DNA of 63,153 bases, filler included, from Deltaproteobacteria bacterium (GTDB lineage: Bacteria; JAEEML01), in the NCBI GenBank assembly GCA_016283195.1. It is 3 parts of 3 records of this genome, joined end to end, with 100 filler letters (N's around TTAATTAATTAA, not from the genome) between each part and the next. Parts side by side here need not be neighbours in the genome. Positions count along the whole stretch, not along the records: positions 31,751 to 58,131 come from JAEEML010000051.1; 2 more parts are not named here. The stretch is one strand, 5' to 3'. The translations under genes were made by a program, and so were the position numbers. Positions 37,312-46,574 of the stretch are shown here, piece by piece. How positions within the stretch are numbered: the first letter of the stretch is position 1; each line of letters opens with the position of its first letter. Under the pieces are notes generated by a model. It had not been told where the DNA came from. It was given only the letters and a program-made list of their open reading frames with translations, and ran no database searches.

Positions 37312-39480
37312 CTATTCCAGACTAATCCTAGCGATGGGCTGGATATTCATATCAGGCGAAAGTTCCTGATAAGAAAGCACTGAGAGATGCGGAAATTCCA
37401 GTTCCAGTAACTTGCGGAAATAACGCCGGATTTCCATAGTGGTAAGAATAACCGGATTCTGGGCGGTGGGCGGCAGGTTGCCAACTTCGTTGCGCACAGC
37501 AGCAAGTATTTCCTGCGTAATTTCCGGCTCAAGAGCCAGGTAACTACCACTCTGGGTGTGCTGGATGGAGCTACGCACTGTCTCCTCAATTTGCGGATCG
37601 AGGAGGTAAACAACGAGCGTATTGCCGCCGCGCGTATATTTGTGGCTGATATAGCGTTTTAAGGCATTACGCACATATTCAGTAAGCATAACGGTATCGT
37701 TTTCCACTTGCCCCCACTCGGCCAGAGCTTGCAAAATGGAGCGCAAATCGCGGATGGAAATCTCCTCTTCCACCAGGCGGCGCAAAATATCGGTGAGCTG
37801 GAAGGGGGAGACGGCCTTGGGGACAACCTCTTTAACCAGCGCCGGGAAAGCCTGTTCCAGCTGTTCGAGCATATTCTGCACTTCCTGAATACCCACAAAC
37901 TCGGCGGCATTTTTGCGGAGAACAGAGGAGAGATGGAGCACCATATAACCGGCGGCATCCCAAGTGGTGAGGCCGGCTTGCTCGGCAATATCGGCATATT
38001 CGGCCGGAATCCAGGCACACTCGGAGCCGTTAGCCGGGTTTATTGCCTCCTCGCCCTGAATATTGAGCAAGGTGAGGCGGTCCACTGTATCGTTGACCAG
38101 CACCTTATCCAAGCTGACATTGCCGGAGACCAAAGGCACTTCGTTAATCATGATGATATAGGTGCCGGGCGGCAAATCCGTTTCATTACCGCGCACGCGG
38201 ATACCGGGGAATTTCACACCCAGCTCATAAAAGAGACCATCGCGCATCATGGGGATCATCTCGCCCAGGAAGCGGTTGCCACCGCCCACATCTTCCACCA
38301 GAGGAATGAGATCGCCGGCCACTTCCAAAGCAATGGGCGTAACCACCGGCAGCATCTGGCTGGACTGGCCCTCTTGCTTTTTAGCTTTTTGCACCTGCTC
38401 TTCGCGCGTTTTTTGGGCCATTTCCTGAATTTCGTTGGCCGGCGCATCTTCCACTGTCTCACCGGCGGCAATGCGCCCGGCTTTGTGCTTCATAAGGCCG
38501 TAAGATAGAGTAGCAATAAGAGCAGCCATAGCAAAGAAGGGAATAGTGGGAAGACCGGGAATGAGGCCAATACCGGCGCACATACCGGCAGCAATAGCAA
38601 AAGCTTTGGGCTGGCCCAAAACCTGGGAACTGATATCTTTACCAAGGTTGGAATTTTCGTCTTCGGAGGCCACGCGGGTCACGATCATACCGGCGGTCAT
38701 AGCGGCAAGGAGCGAAGGAATTTGGGAAACAAGACCATCACCAATAGTTAAAATACTATATTGCTCAACAGCTTCGCCGGCGGTCATGCCCTTCATGGTC
38801 ACACCGATGATAATACCGGCCACAATATTGATAACAGTAATAATAAGGCTGGCTATGGAATCGCCTTTAACGAATTTCATAGCACCATCCATAGCACCAA
38901 AGAGCTGTGATTCGCGGTTCAAATCGTTACGGCGGCGGCGGGCTTCGTCGAGGTCAAAAGCGCCGGCCCGAAGATCGGCATCAATAGACATCTGTTTACC
39001 GGGCATAGCATCCAATGTAAAACGGGCTGCCACTTCGGAAACACGCTCGGCACCTTTAGCAATAACCAAAAACTGAATAATTGTAAGGATTAAGAAGATA
39101 ACGGCACCAACAACCAAATTGCCGCGCACCACGAATTGACCAAATGCGGTAACCACTTCACCGGCTTGGCCGTTGAGCAAAATAAGACGAGTGGAAGAGA
39201 CGTTAAGAGCTAAGCGGAAAAGGGTGGTAACCAAAATAATAGTAGGGTAAGAAGCAAGTTTCAAAGCCGATTGCAAATACATGGAAATCATTAAAAGTAT
39301 TGCTGAAATAGCAATATTGGTAACCATGAGCAAATCGAGCAAAAAGTTGGGCAAAGGAATAATGAGCATACCGATAATGCCCACAACGGCCAAAGCGAGG
39401 AGAATATCGGCATATTTAGTAATGCTCTGGCCGATGGTTCCGGCCTTATAACTCTCAATAATATTCATCTGTTGCTCCAA
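37312..39480 (-). CDS. sctV: Type III secretion export gate, SctV/FlhA (FHIPEP) family
   Basis: RVSEVAARFTLDAMPGKQMSIDADL, GAMDGAMKFVKGD, VLSYQEL; start TTG 39480 or ATG 39468. Confidence 0.9.
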   Translation of the reverse strand: MEQQMNIIESYKAGTIGQSITKYADILLALAVVGIIGMLIIPLPNFLLDLLMVTNIAISAILLMISMYLQSALKLASYPTIILVTTLFRLALNVSSTRLILLNGQAGEVVTAFGQFVVRGNLVVGAVIFLILTIIQFLVIAKGAERVSEVAARFTLDAMPGKQMSIDADLRAGAFDLDEARRRRNDLNRESQLFGAMDGAMKFVKGDSIASLIITVINIVAGIIIGVTMKGMTAGEAVEQYSILTIGDGLVSQIPSLLAAMTAGMIVTRVASEDENSNLGKDISSQVLGQPKAFAIAAGMCAGIGLIPGLPTIPFFAMAALIATLSYGLMKHKAGRIAAGETVEDAPANEIQEMAQKTREEQVQKAKKQEGQSSQMLPVVTPIALEVAGDLIPLVEDVGGGNRFLGEMIPMMRDGLFYELGVKFPGIRVRGNETDLPPGTYIIMINEVPLVSGNVSLDKVLVNDTVDRLTLLNIQGEEAINPANGSECAWIPAEYADIAEQAGLTTWDAAGYMVLHLSSVLRKNAAEFVGIQEVQNMLEQLEQAFPALVKEVVPKAVSPFQLTDILRRLVEEEISIRDLRSILQALAEWGQVENDTVMLTEYVRNALKRYISHKYTRGGNTLVVYLLDPQIEETVRSSIQHTQSGSYLALEPEITQEILAAVRNEVGNLPPTAQNPVILTTMEIRRYFRKLLELEFPHLSVLSYQELSPDMNIQPIARISLE

Positions 39481-39640
39481 GACGAGCAGCCCTGCCCGCC
39501 TTTTGTGTACACAAAGACAGTGGCACTATATAGGAGGGCAAGGGAATTGGCAACAGTTTCCAAAGATTTTATGGCTGCTTGCCCCCTTTGGCTCTGGTTC
39601 AGCGTTTTAAGGCGAACAAAAAAAGAAAAAAGTTTTCACA

Positions 39641-39673
39641 CCATCACAATCTGATAGTCACCCTGATTATTAT
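39641..39673 (+). promoter_or_regulatory. Putative WYL box 1 + -10 (CCATC-ACAATCT-GATAG, N10, TATTAT)
   Basis: Motif copy upstream of AAA ATPase. Confidence 0.75.
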
Positions 39674-39735
39674 GCTCTTTAAGGGAGTGCTTAGGCTCTT
39701 GGGATTTTCCTGTGGCAGCACCTGGGAGGCAAATT

Positions 39736-41466
39736 ATGGCCAGAGCAAAAAAAGTAGCATTTAATGTCATGAATACTCTCGATTTTGCAGGTGAAATACT
39801 GAAAAAATCAAAATTTAAACCGGAAGAAAAGGAAAACTTTCCTAAAGGCGAATTTGCTGAAGCTATTGATAAACTCGCGAAATATTTTGGCACCAGCGGC
39901 TATGCAACCTGGATTTTAACCGGCATAATCTTCGAATATTTTGGTGGCAGCCAGGGCTTTAGGCCCAGTGATAATACCAGCATGGGCGATATAGCTGATT
40001 TTTTTAATATATCACCAATAAAACTAATGGGTTACAGAGAAGATATATTAAGTCTTATGGCCAAAGGCTATATAAAGAACGAGCGCACTTTTGGTAAGAG
40101 TATCGGCCGCTTTAACTCCTTTAGCGTTAATCCGGATCTCATAAATTGCCTTTTGCAAAATCAGCCGCTTTGTTTCCCTAAAGAGCCGGAGACCATGACC
40201 CTGGCCGAGGGCCTGGAAAAACTGGCTGATATGCTTGAAGACCATAATGATTTCACCAAGCGGGAAGGAATCAGGGCTATGATGGAGATGGAAGAACTCT
40301 TCTTTAAAGGTAAGAAGCTTAAAGAGATTAGAAAACTTTTGCGGCCGCGCGGCTCCAGATTGCAGGAGAATCTCGATAGCCTGCTGTTTTATGCTATTTT
40401 TAATAACTCCCTGCAAGGCGATGAGACGCGTCTTTTGCACACTGTACAGCAAATTTACAATGGGGAATATCACCTTATTATGACCAAATTCTTAAAGGGT
40501 ACACACCCGCTTTTGCAAAAAGAACTGGTTGAATTATGCGAGCGGGAAACGGCGCAAAAGGCCACAGTGACGCTGACGCAAAAAGCTCTCGAAATTTTTC
40601 TGGGCGCAGAAGAAGCTAAAATGTACAGTCTTTTGAACAGCGAAGCCCAGGCCGAGCTCTTAAAGCCCGAAGAAATAAAAGTAAAAGAACTTTTTTATAA
40701 TAAAGAAAATACAAAAGATATTGAGCGCTTGTATTCTTTTCTTAACGAAGAAAATCTGCGCAAAATAGGAAAGCGCCTGGAAGAACAAGGCTTTGCCAAG
40801 GGTATCGCCGTTTTACTCTACGGCCCGCCGGGAACGGGCAAAACCGAAACTGTTTTACAACTGGCAAGAGCCACGGGGCGGGCGGTGCTTCATGTGGATA
40901 TAAGCGACACCAAGTCCTGCTGGTTTGGTGAGAGCGAAAAAATCATCCGCAAAATTTTTACCGATTACCGGCGCCTTTGCGAAGTGCAAAATCGCCATAG
41001 CGAAGGCAAAGCGCCAATTTTGCTCTTTAACGAGGCCGATGCTGTTTTGTCAAAGCGCAAAGATATATCCTCCAGTAATGTGGCGCAAACCGAAAATGCC
41101 ATCCAAAATGTCATCTTGGAGGAGATGGAAAAGCTAAAAGGCGTTATGATTGCCACCACCAACATGATTGATAATTTAGATGCTGCTTTTGAGCGCCGTT
41201 TCCTTTTTAAAATCATGCTGGATAAGCCAAGCGTGGAAGCCAAAAGAAAAATATGGGCCTCCCGCCTGCCGTGGCTAAATAGTGCAGAGGTGGATATTTT
41301 TGCTAAAAATTATAATTTCAGTGGCGGGCAGATAGATAATATTGTGCGCAAAATAACCATGGAAGAGATTTTGAGCGGCCAGCACCCCAGCCCGGAAGAA
41401 CTGGCGGAATATTGCCGCCATGAGAAACTTGATACCCAAAGCGCGGCTAAACCCATCGGTTTTTAA
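39736..41466 (+). CDS. AAA+ ATPase with long N-terminal domain
   Basis: GPPGTGKT Walker A, LLFNEAD variant Walker B, TTN...LDAAFERRF, C-terminal PIGF; GGAGG RBS before ATG 39736. Confidence 0.92.
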   Translation: MARAKKVAFNVMNTLDFAGEILKKSKFKPEEKENFPKGEFAEAIDKLAKYFGTSGYATWILTGIIFEYFGGSQGFRPSDNTSMGDIADFFNISPIKLMGYREDILSLMAKGYIKNERTFGKSIGRFNSFSVNPDLINCLLQNQPLCFPKEPETMTLAEGLEKLADMLEDHNDFTKREGIRAMMEMEELFFKGKKLKEIRKLLRPRGSRLQENLDSLLFYAIFNNSLQGDETRLLHTVQQIYNGEYHLIMTKFLKGTHPLLQKELVELCERETAQKATVTLTQKALEIFLGAEEAKMYSLLNSEAQAELLKPEEIKVKELFYNKENTKDIERLYSFLNEENLRKIGKRLEEQGFAKGIAVLLYGPPGTGKTETVLQLARATGRAVLHVDISDTKSCWFGESEKIIRKIFTDYRRLCEVQNRHSEGKAPILLFNEADAVLSKRKDISSSNVAQTENAIQNVILEEMEKLKGVMIATTNMIDNLDAAFERRFLFKIMLDKPSVEAKRKIWASRLPWLNSAEVDIFAKNYNFSGGQIDNIVRKITMEEILSGQHPSPEELAEYCRHEKLDTQSAAKPIGF

Positions 41467-41477
41467 GCGAAAAAAGA

Positions 41478-41510
41478 ATATCATTTTCTGATAGAGTGTG
41501 CCATTATCCT
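41478..41510 (+). promoter_or_regulatory. Putative WYL box 2 + -10 (ATATC-ATTTTCT-GATAG, N10, TATCCT), autoregulatory
   Basis: Motif copy directly upstream of the WYL gene. Confidence 0.7.
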
Positions 41511-41526
41511 CGTCGGGAGGTGTTTT

Positions 41527-42552
41527 ATGGATAATGAAAACGGGCGCAAGTCGCTGAACACCATGATGTTAAACCGCATTTTAATCATTCATCAACTAAT
41601 AAAATCAGGTAGTTACCCGAGCCGCGAGCGCATCCGCGACAAAATTGAGGATGTTTTAAGAGTAGAGCGCCCCAGCACAGCTACATTTTCGCGCGATATG
41701 AATACGCTGCGCGATATTTTTAAAGCCGATATTGCCTATAGCAAGGAATATGGGGGCTATTATTACACCGACAAAAATTTTAACCTGCCACTCAATAATT
41801 TAAAAGGTGATGAGCTTTTTTACCTCACCTGCGCCAAAACACTACTGGAAAATTTTGCGGGCACGCCGCTCTATAAAGAAATCAGCGCCGCCATCGCTTT
41901 TGTGGTGGATTCTTCCGGCCATGTGGGCGGTGATTTATTAAGCCGCATTGCTGTGCCGCCTACTCCGCAGGCCAGTATTGATAATGCCGTGTGGCAGCTT
42001 TTAAAGGGCGCTCTCCTTAGTTGCCAAATTGTGGAATTTGCTTATGTCGGCCGCTGGCACGAAGAAAAAAAGCGCCGCCGCGTGCGCCCGTACCAAATTC
42101 TTCTCGATGAAGGCATGTATTACCTTTGGGGCTATGATGAACTGGCTACTCCGGCCGGTACCAGGCTCTTTTGTTTTCCGCGCATCGAAAACCTCACCAT
42201 AACCGCTGATACTTTTGAGTTGCCTGATGATTTTGAATTTAAAAAGCATACCGGCGGCGGCAAAATGGGAGTGTGGAGCGATACGCACACTCTTAATTAC
42301 AGAGTGGAATTTTTCGGCGTTTCCAAGAATTTTGTCAAAGATTACGTTTGGGCCGAAGAGCAAGTAATAGAAGATGTCCCAGAGCATGATTCCGTGGTTA
42401 TTACTTTTCGCTCGGCGCAGTGGCAACGCGTTTTGGGGTGGATTTTGTCCCAAGGGGCGGGAGCCAGGCCGCTGGAGCCGCAGTGGCTGGTAAAAGCCTG
42501 GAAAGATGAGATTAAAAAGATGGAGAGCCGGGCGGCCGGTGTAGAAGGGTAA
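41527..42552 (+). CDS. HTH-WYL-WCX transcriptional regulator (PafB/DriD-like)
   Basis: wHTH (TFSRDMNTLRD...GGYYY), WYL core (RRVRPYQI...YYLWGYD...RLFCFPRI), WCX (WILSQGAGARPLEPQWL). Confidence 0.93.
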   Translation: MDNENGRKSLNTMMLNRILIIHQLIKSGSYPSRERIRDKIEDVLRVERPSTATFSRDMNTLRDIFKADIAYSKEYGGYYYTDKNFNLPLNNLKGDELFYLTCAKTLLENFAGTPLYKEISAAIAFVVDSSGHVGGDLLSRIAVPPTPQASIDNAVWQLLKGALLSCQIVEFAYVGRWHEEKKRRRVRPYQILLDEGMYYLWGYDELATPAGTRLFCFPRIENLTITADTFELPDDFEFKKHTGGGKMGVWSDTHTLNYRVEFFGVSKNFVKDYVWAEEQVIEDVPEHDSVVITFRSAQWQRVLGWILSQGAGARPLEPQWLVKAWKDEIKKMESRAAGVEG

Positions 42553-42714
42553 GCATAAAAGTGCTTTGCGCTCACCGGCAGCGCAATTTTGCTATAATAG
42601 TTTTCTCTTGCTACATATTTTAACCTTTTTTTATATGACAACAAATCCATGAAGTGCTAAGATGCGCCAGCGTTATTGGTGAGACAATGACGACTCTATT
42701 ATGGAGGAAAACTC

Positions 42715-44424
42715 ATGAAATTAAAAAGAAATTTGGTGCTGCTTCCTTCTGTGCTTCTTCTGGCTCTTACCGCTTGTTCCGATAACAAGAAAGAGGCTTC
42801 GGCCGGTAATGCGGCCACCCAGCCCGAGGCCGCCGTAAAAAAACCGCTCCCCGATAAATTATCTATTTTTTACGGCAATACCCGCCCGACTCTATTTTCT
42901 GTACCGCAGGCTTACCAATGGTCTATCGGTGCTCTGCTCGATAATGGCGATAACTTTTGTACCGGTACTCTGATTGAAGATGATGTTGTGCTCACAGCCG
43001 CTCACTGCGCTTATGATGATAATAACAATATCAGCTCAATAAACGGTATTTCTTTTGGTATCGGGCCGGACATGAAAAATCCCGCTCACAAAATTGCGGT
43101 GAAAAAAATCATTCCCCACGAAGAGTATCTTAAAAACTGCGCTAAAGATCCGGATGGTATTTCCTCTAAAAATGATGTGGCTCTCTTTATTTTAAAAGAA
43201 AAAGCCAGCAAATATGTTCCCACTTTAAAGCCCATCCCCATGAATAAGGCCTCTTTGGCGAGTCTCAAAGGTGATAGTGTGCAAAATGTGGGCTATGGCA
43301 CCACCGAAGGCACCGGCAGTTTTGATTATTACAATTATTACAACACCAAACGCCTCTGGACAGTCGAAGAAGTTACCGCGGTCAGCTCTTTTGATTTCAC
43401 CGTCGATGGCAAAGGTATCTCTTCCGTTTGCATGGGCGACTCCGGCGGCCCGGCTCTTTATGCTATAGATAACCAGATTTACATTGTCGGTACCGTCTCC
43501 TGGGGCCAAAGCACCTGTTTGGGCGAAGCGCACTATGCCCGCGTTAATGATAATATTGCCTGGATTACCGAAAAGCTGGGCCACGAAGTGGAAGATTACC
43601 TCTTGCCGATTGACTCTCCCGAAGAGCCGGTGCCTGCCGATGAGTGCGAAGGTATTACGGCTGACGGTGTTTGTGATGGCACTATCCATAAATGGTGCTC
43701 TGAGGATGGCACTTTGCACGAACTTGATTGCAAAAGCCTCGATATGGTTTGCGGCAATATCGGCGAGTTCCGCACCTGCATTACCCCGGAGGTCAGCAGT
43801 TGCGGCAATATCGGCCGTAAAGCCATTTGCGATGGCAATATCCTTAAATGGTGCGGTGATGATGGCACCATTAAAGAAGTCGATTGCACTATTCTCGGGG
43901 AGATTTGTGCGAGCAATGAGTATGCCGCTTGTGTAAAAGAAGAAGATAGCTGTGGCAGCATTACTACTGCTGTTTGCGATGGTAATGTGGTTAAGTGGTG
44001 TGGCGCCATCGGCACCCTTATAGAGCATGATTGTGCGGAAGAAAATAAAACCTGCGGTTTAACGAGCTTTGGCGAATATTGGTGCATTGATGCACCTGCT
44101 GATAATTGCGGCGATGTTACTTTTGTCGGTGGTTGCGATGGCCAAGTCGCCCGCTGGTGTCAAAATGGTATCGTTTACGAGCATGATTGTGCCTTGGAAA
44201 ACAAAGCTTGCGGCTTTGTAAATGATGTCGATGGTTATTGGTGTGTGGAGACTGATAATCAGCCAGATCCCAATGACCCCTGCGGCGGCATCTCTTATCT
44301 TGGCCGGTGCAACGGCAATGTCGCCGAGTGGTGCGAAGAGGGCACCATTATTAAACGCGATTGCGCCCGTACTGGTTATGTTTGTGGCTATGTGAGCCCG
44401 GAACTGGGCTATTACTGCAAATGA
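42715..44424 (+). CDS. S1 trypsin-like serine protease lipoprotein with C-terminal Cys-rich repeats
   Basis: Lipobox LTAC; CTGTLI, LTAAHC, NDVAL, GDSGGP; repeated CDGNxxKWC units. Confidence 0.93.
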   Translation: MKLKRNLVLLPSVLLLALTACSDNKKEASAGNAATQPEAAVKKPLPDKLSIFYGNTRPTLFSVPQAYQWSIGALLDNGDNFCTGTLIEDDVVLTAAHCAYDDNNNISSINGISFGIGPDMKNPAHKIAVKKIIPHEEYLKNCAKDPDGISSKNDVALFILKEKASKYVPTLKPIPMNKASLASLKGDSVQNVGYGTTEGTGSFDYYNYYNTKRLWTVEEVTAVSSFDFTVDGKGISSVCMGDSGGPALYAIDNQIYIVGTVSWGQSTCLGEAHYARVNDNIAWITEKLGHEVEDYLLPIDSPEEPVPADECEGITADGVCDGTIHKWCSEDGTLHELDCKSLDMVCGNIGEFRTCITPEVSSCGNIGRKAICDGNILKWCGDDGTIKEVDCTILGEICASNEYAACVKEEDSCGSITTAVCDGNVVKWCGAIGTLIEHDCAEENKTCGLTSFGEYWCIDAPADNCGDVTFVGGCDGQVARWCQNGIVYEHDCALENKACGFVNDVDGYWCVETDNQPDPNDPCGGISYLGRCNGNVAEWCEEGTIIKRDCARTGYVCGYVSPELGYYCK

Positions 44425-44549
44425 GTATCCCGCTCTGCCAGACTTTGCTCGACTCTTCTTATAATTTTGGGCAATTCATGCCGCTTCTTGATTAAAACCT
44501 GCTATGTATAGCCGAAGGTTGTGTTATACTCCGCCGCCGGAGGCTTTTT

Positions 44550-44663
44550 ATGAGCATTTACCTGAATCCATGTAGGCAGTATTTTAAAAAAATCGCCGAC
44601 ATGGCTATCTATGTGTTATATTGGAAAATGCCCAGCTGGGGCTGGAACGGGCGAAATTTTTAG
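44550..44663 (+). pseudogene. 37-codon chimeric remnant: AAA-ATPase-like N-terminus (MSIYLNP...) joined to a MIF/tautomerase C-terminus
   Basis: Translates MSIYLNPCRQYFKKIADMAIYVLYWKMPSWGWNGRNF*; tail matches AVYVSYWETPNWGWNGHNF* of 53941-54282. Confidence 0.75.
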
Positions 44664-44689
44664 CGCAGGCTGACAATTTTTTCATCACA

Positions 44690-44722
44690 CTATCGTAATC
44701 TGATAGCCAAGGGTCGTATAGG
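44690..44722 (+). promoter_or_regulatory. Putative WYL box 3 + weak -10 (CTATC-GTAATCT-GATAG, N10, TATAGG)
   Basis: Motif copy upstream of mini-ORF and mcrB. Confidence 0.75.
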
Positions 44723-44765
44723 GAAGAAAAGCGGGGAGAATCCCTACTTGGAAAGGAAGAGAACT

Positions 44766-44816
44766 ATGGTTAGGGCAAAGAAGGTGCGATTTAGGTGGCG
44801 AGGCTTGCTAAGCTGA
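44766..44816 (+). pseudogene. Mini-ORF MVRAKKVRFRWRGLLS*, resembling the start of the AAA ATPase (MARAKKVAF)
   Basis: ATGGTTAGGGCAAAGAAGGTGCGATTT vs ATGGCCAGAGCAAAAAAAGTAGCATTT at 39736; AAGGAAG upstream. Confidence 0.6.
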
Positions 44817-44877
44817 GGTGGGTATGCTAGGGTGGAGCAGCTGATGTGAGCTGGGAAAGCAGTTGAGGAGGAAAATT

Positions 44878-46569
44878 ATGGGATATTGGCATATGCAATT
44901 ACATCCGAATGACCTTTCGAATTATACTCGGGAAGATATTCTAGGACTAGTTAAAAATGAAGGCGTAATAGGCATTGGTGAAAGTTGGATTGGAGATCAT
45001 GGTCAACCAAGTAATTTCAAAAATGTTTTAAAAGAGGGAGATATTGTTCTTATCAGACATAATGGTCCGCTGTGTTTAGTTCGAGTAATTGGTTCCTGTT
45101 TTGAAAATCCTAACCAAACTCAGGTAAAAGCATGGTTCTATTTTTGCAGAAGAGTAGTGATATTAGATGAAAATGGGAAAGAAATGGCGGATAAATTCCA
45201 AAAGGAAACGAAAAAATCGTGGAATAATAATATTTATTTACCAGATACTTTAGGACATGCAGACAAATGTGAGTTTATAAAATTTTGGTATCAGGAAATA
45301 TTGAAAAAGGAGCAGATAGAAAAAATGCAGAAAGTGGTTGAGCTATTAAAACTAAAAAAGAACATCATCCTCCAAGGTGCTCCCGGTACTGGTAAAACCT
45401 ATACCACAGCAGAATTGGCTTTATCCATTTGCGATGGTATAGATAAAGTTCCCAATAGTCATAAAAAAGTTATGGAGTGCTATGAAAAATTGCAACAGCA
45501 AGGGCAAATTGGCTTTATTACTTTTCATCAGTCCATGGATTACGAGGATTTTGTGGAAGGAATAAAGCCAGTTTTGGAAAAAAATGTGAGTACAGATAAG
45601 AATGAAGTATCTTATAAGATTTCGCCCGGAATTTTTAAAAGTATATGTGGTAAAGCTGAAAAAGAATTATTATCATCATTTGATAATGCTTGGAATAAAC
45701 TGCTAGGAGAGATTGAAAAATCAAGCGGTAATCCATATAAGTTAACAACTGTAAAACAAGAAACTGAGTTTGGCTTAGAAATAAATAAAAATGATGGATT
45801 AACTATATGTACTGGCAAAGATTTTACAGAAAAAAATGTTGGCAGTATAACAAAAGATAACTTACGTCAGTTTTGGCAAAACAAATATGATGGCGATGGA
45901 CGTTCCTCCTATTATGAAGGTGTTTTAGCAGAATTAACGAATAAGTATAATCTGAAGAACTATGAACTAAAAAACTACGTCCTCATCATCGACGAAATCA
46001 ACCGCGGCAATGTCTCCAAGATTTTTGGTGAGTTAATCACACTCTTGGAAGCAGATAAACGCAAGCTTGTCGGAGTTGACGATTCTCCAGAAAATCAGGA
46101 AAAACAACATACAATTGAATTAACACTCCCATATTCAAAAGAAAAATTCTCTGTTCCGTCTAATCTTTACATCATCGGCACCATGAACACCACCGACCGC
46201 AGTGTTGGCTCTATTGATTATGCTGTGCGCCGCAGATTTTCCTTTGTGACTCTGGAAGCAAATAGATCAAAGATAGAAGACGAAAACGCAAAGAAACTAT
46301 TTGATTCCGTTAAGCACTTCCTAAATAAATCCAAGTACGATATGGACATCGAAGATTTGATGGTTGGCCATAGCTACTTTATGGATGCTGCCAATTTGCA
46401 GATGAAATGGCAATATGAAATTCTGCCACTTCTGATGGAGTATCATAAAGATGGAATTATTAAGGAATCTCCATTGAAGGTTTTCTCTGAGGAAGAAGCC
46501 AAAAAAGTAAAGTTGGATTATAATTTATTCATCGAAAAATGGTCTGAGAAGAAATCTGAAGAAGCTTAA
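44878..46569 (+). CDS. mcrB: McrB-family GTPase (type IV restriction)
   Basis: GAPGTGKT, TFHQSMDYEDFVEG, IIDEINRGN, GTMNTTDRS (NxxD), RRRF, GHSYF. Confidence 0.93.
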   Translation: MGYWHMQLHPNDLSNYTREDILGLVKNEGVIGIGESWIGDHGQPSNFKNVLKEGDIVLIRHNGPLCLVRVIGSCFENPNQTQVKAWFYFCRRVVILDENGKEMADKFQKETKKSWNNNIYLPDTLGHADKCEFIKFWYQEILKKEQIEKMQKVVELLKLKKNIILQGAPGTGKTYTTAELALSICDGIDKVPNSHKKVMECYEKLQQQGQIGFITFHQSMDYEDFVEGIKPVLEKNVSTDKNEVSYKISPGIFKSICGKAEKELLSSFDNAWNKLLGEIEKSSGNPYKLTTVKQETEFGLEINKNDGLTICTGKDFTEKNVGSITKDNLRQFWQNKYDGDGRSSYYEGVLAELTNKYNLKNYELKNYVLIIDEINRGNVSKIFGELITLLEADKRKLVGVDDSPENQEKQHTIELTLPYSKEKFSVPSNLYIIGTMNTTDRSVGSIDYAVRRRFSFVTLEANRSKIEDENAKKLFDSVKHFLNKSKYDMDIEDLMVGHSYFMDAANLQMKWQYEILPLLMEYHKDGIIKESPLKVFSEEEAKKVKLDYNLFIEKWSEKKSEEA

Positions 46570-46574
46570 AAGTA

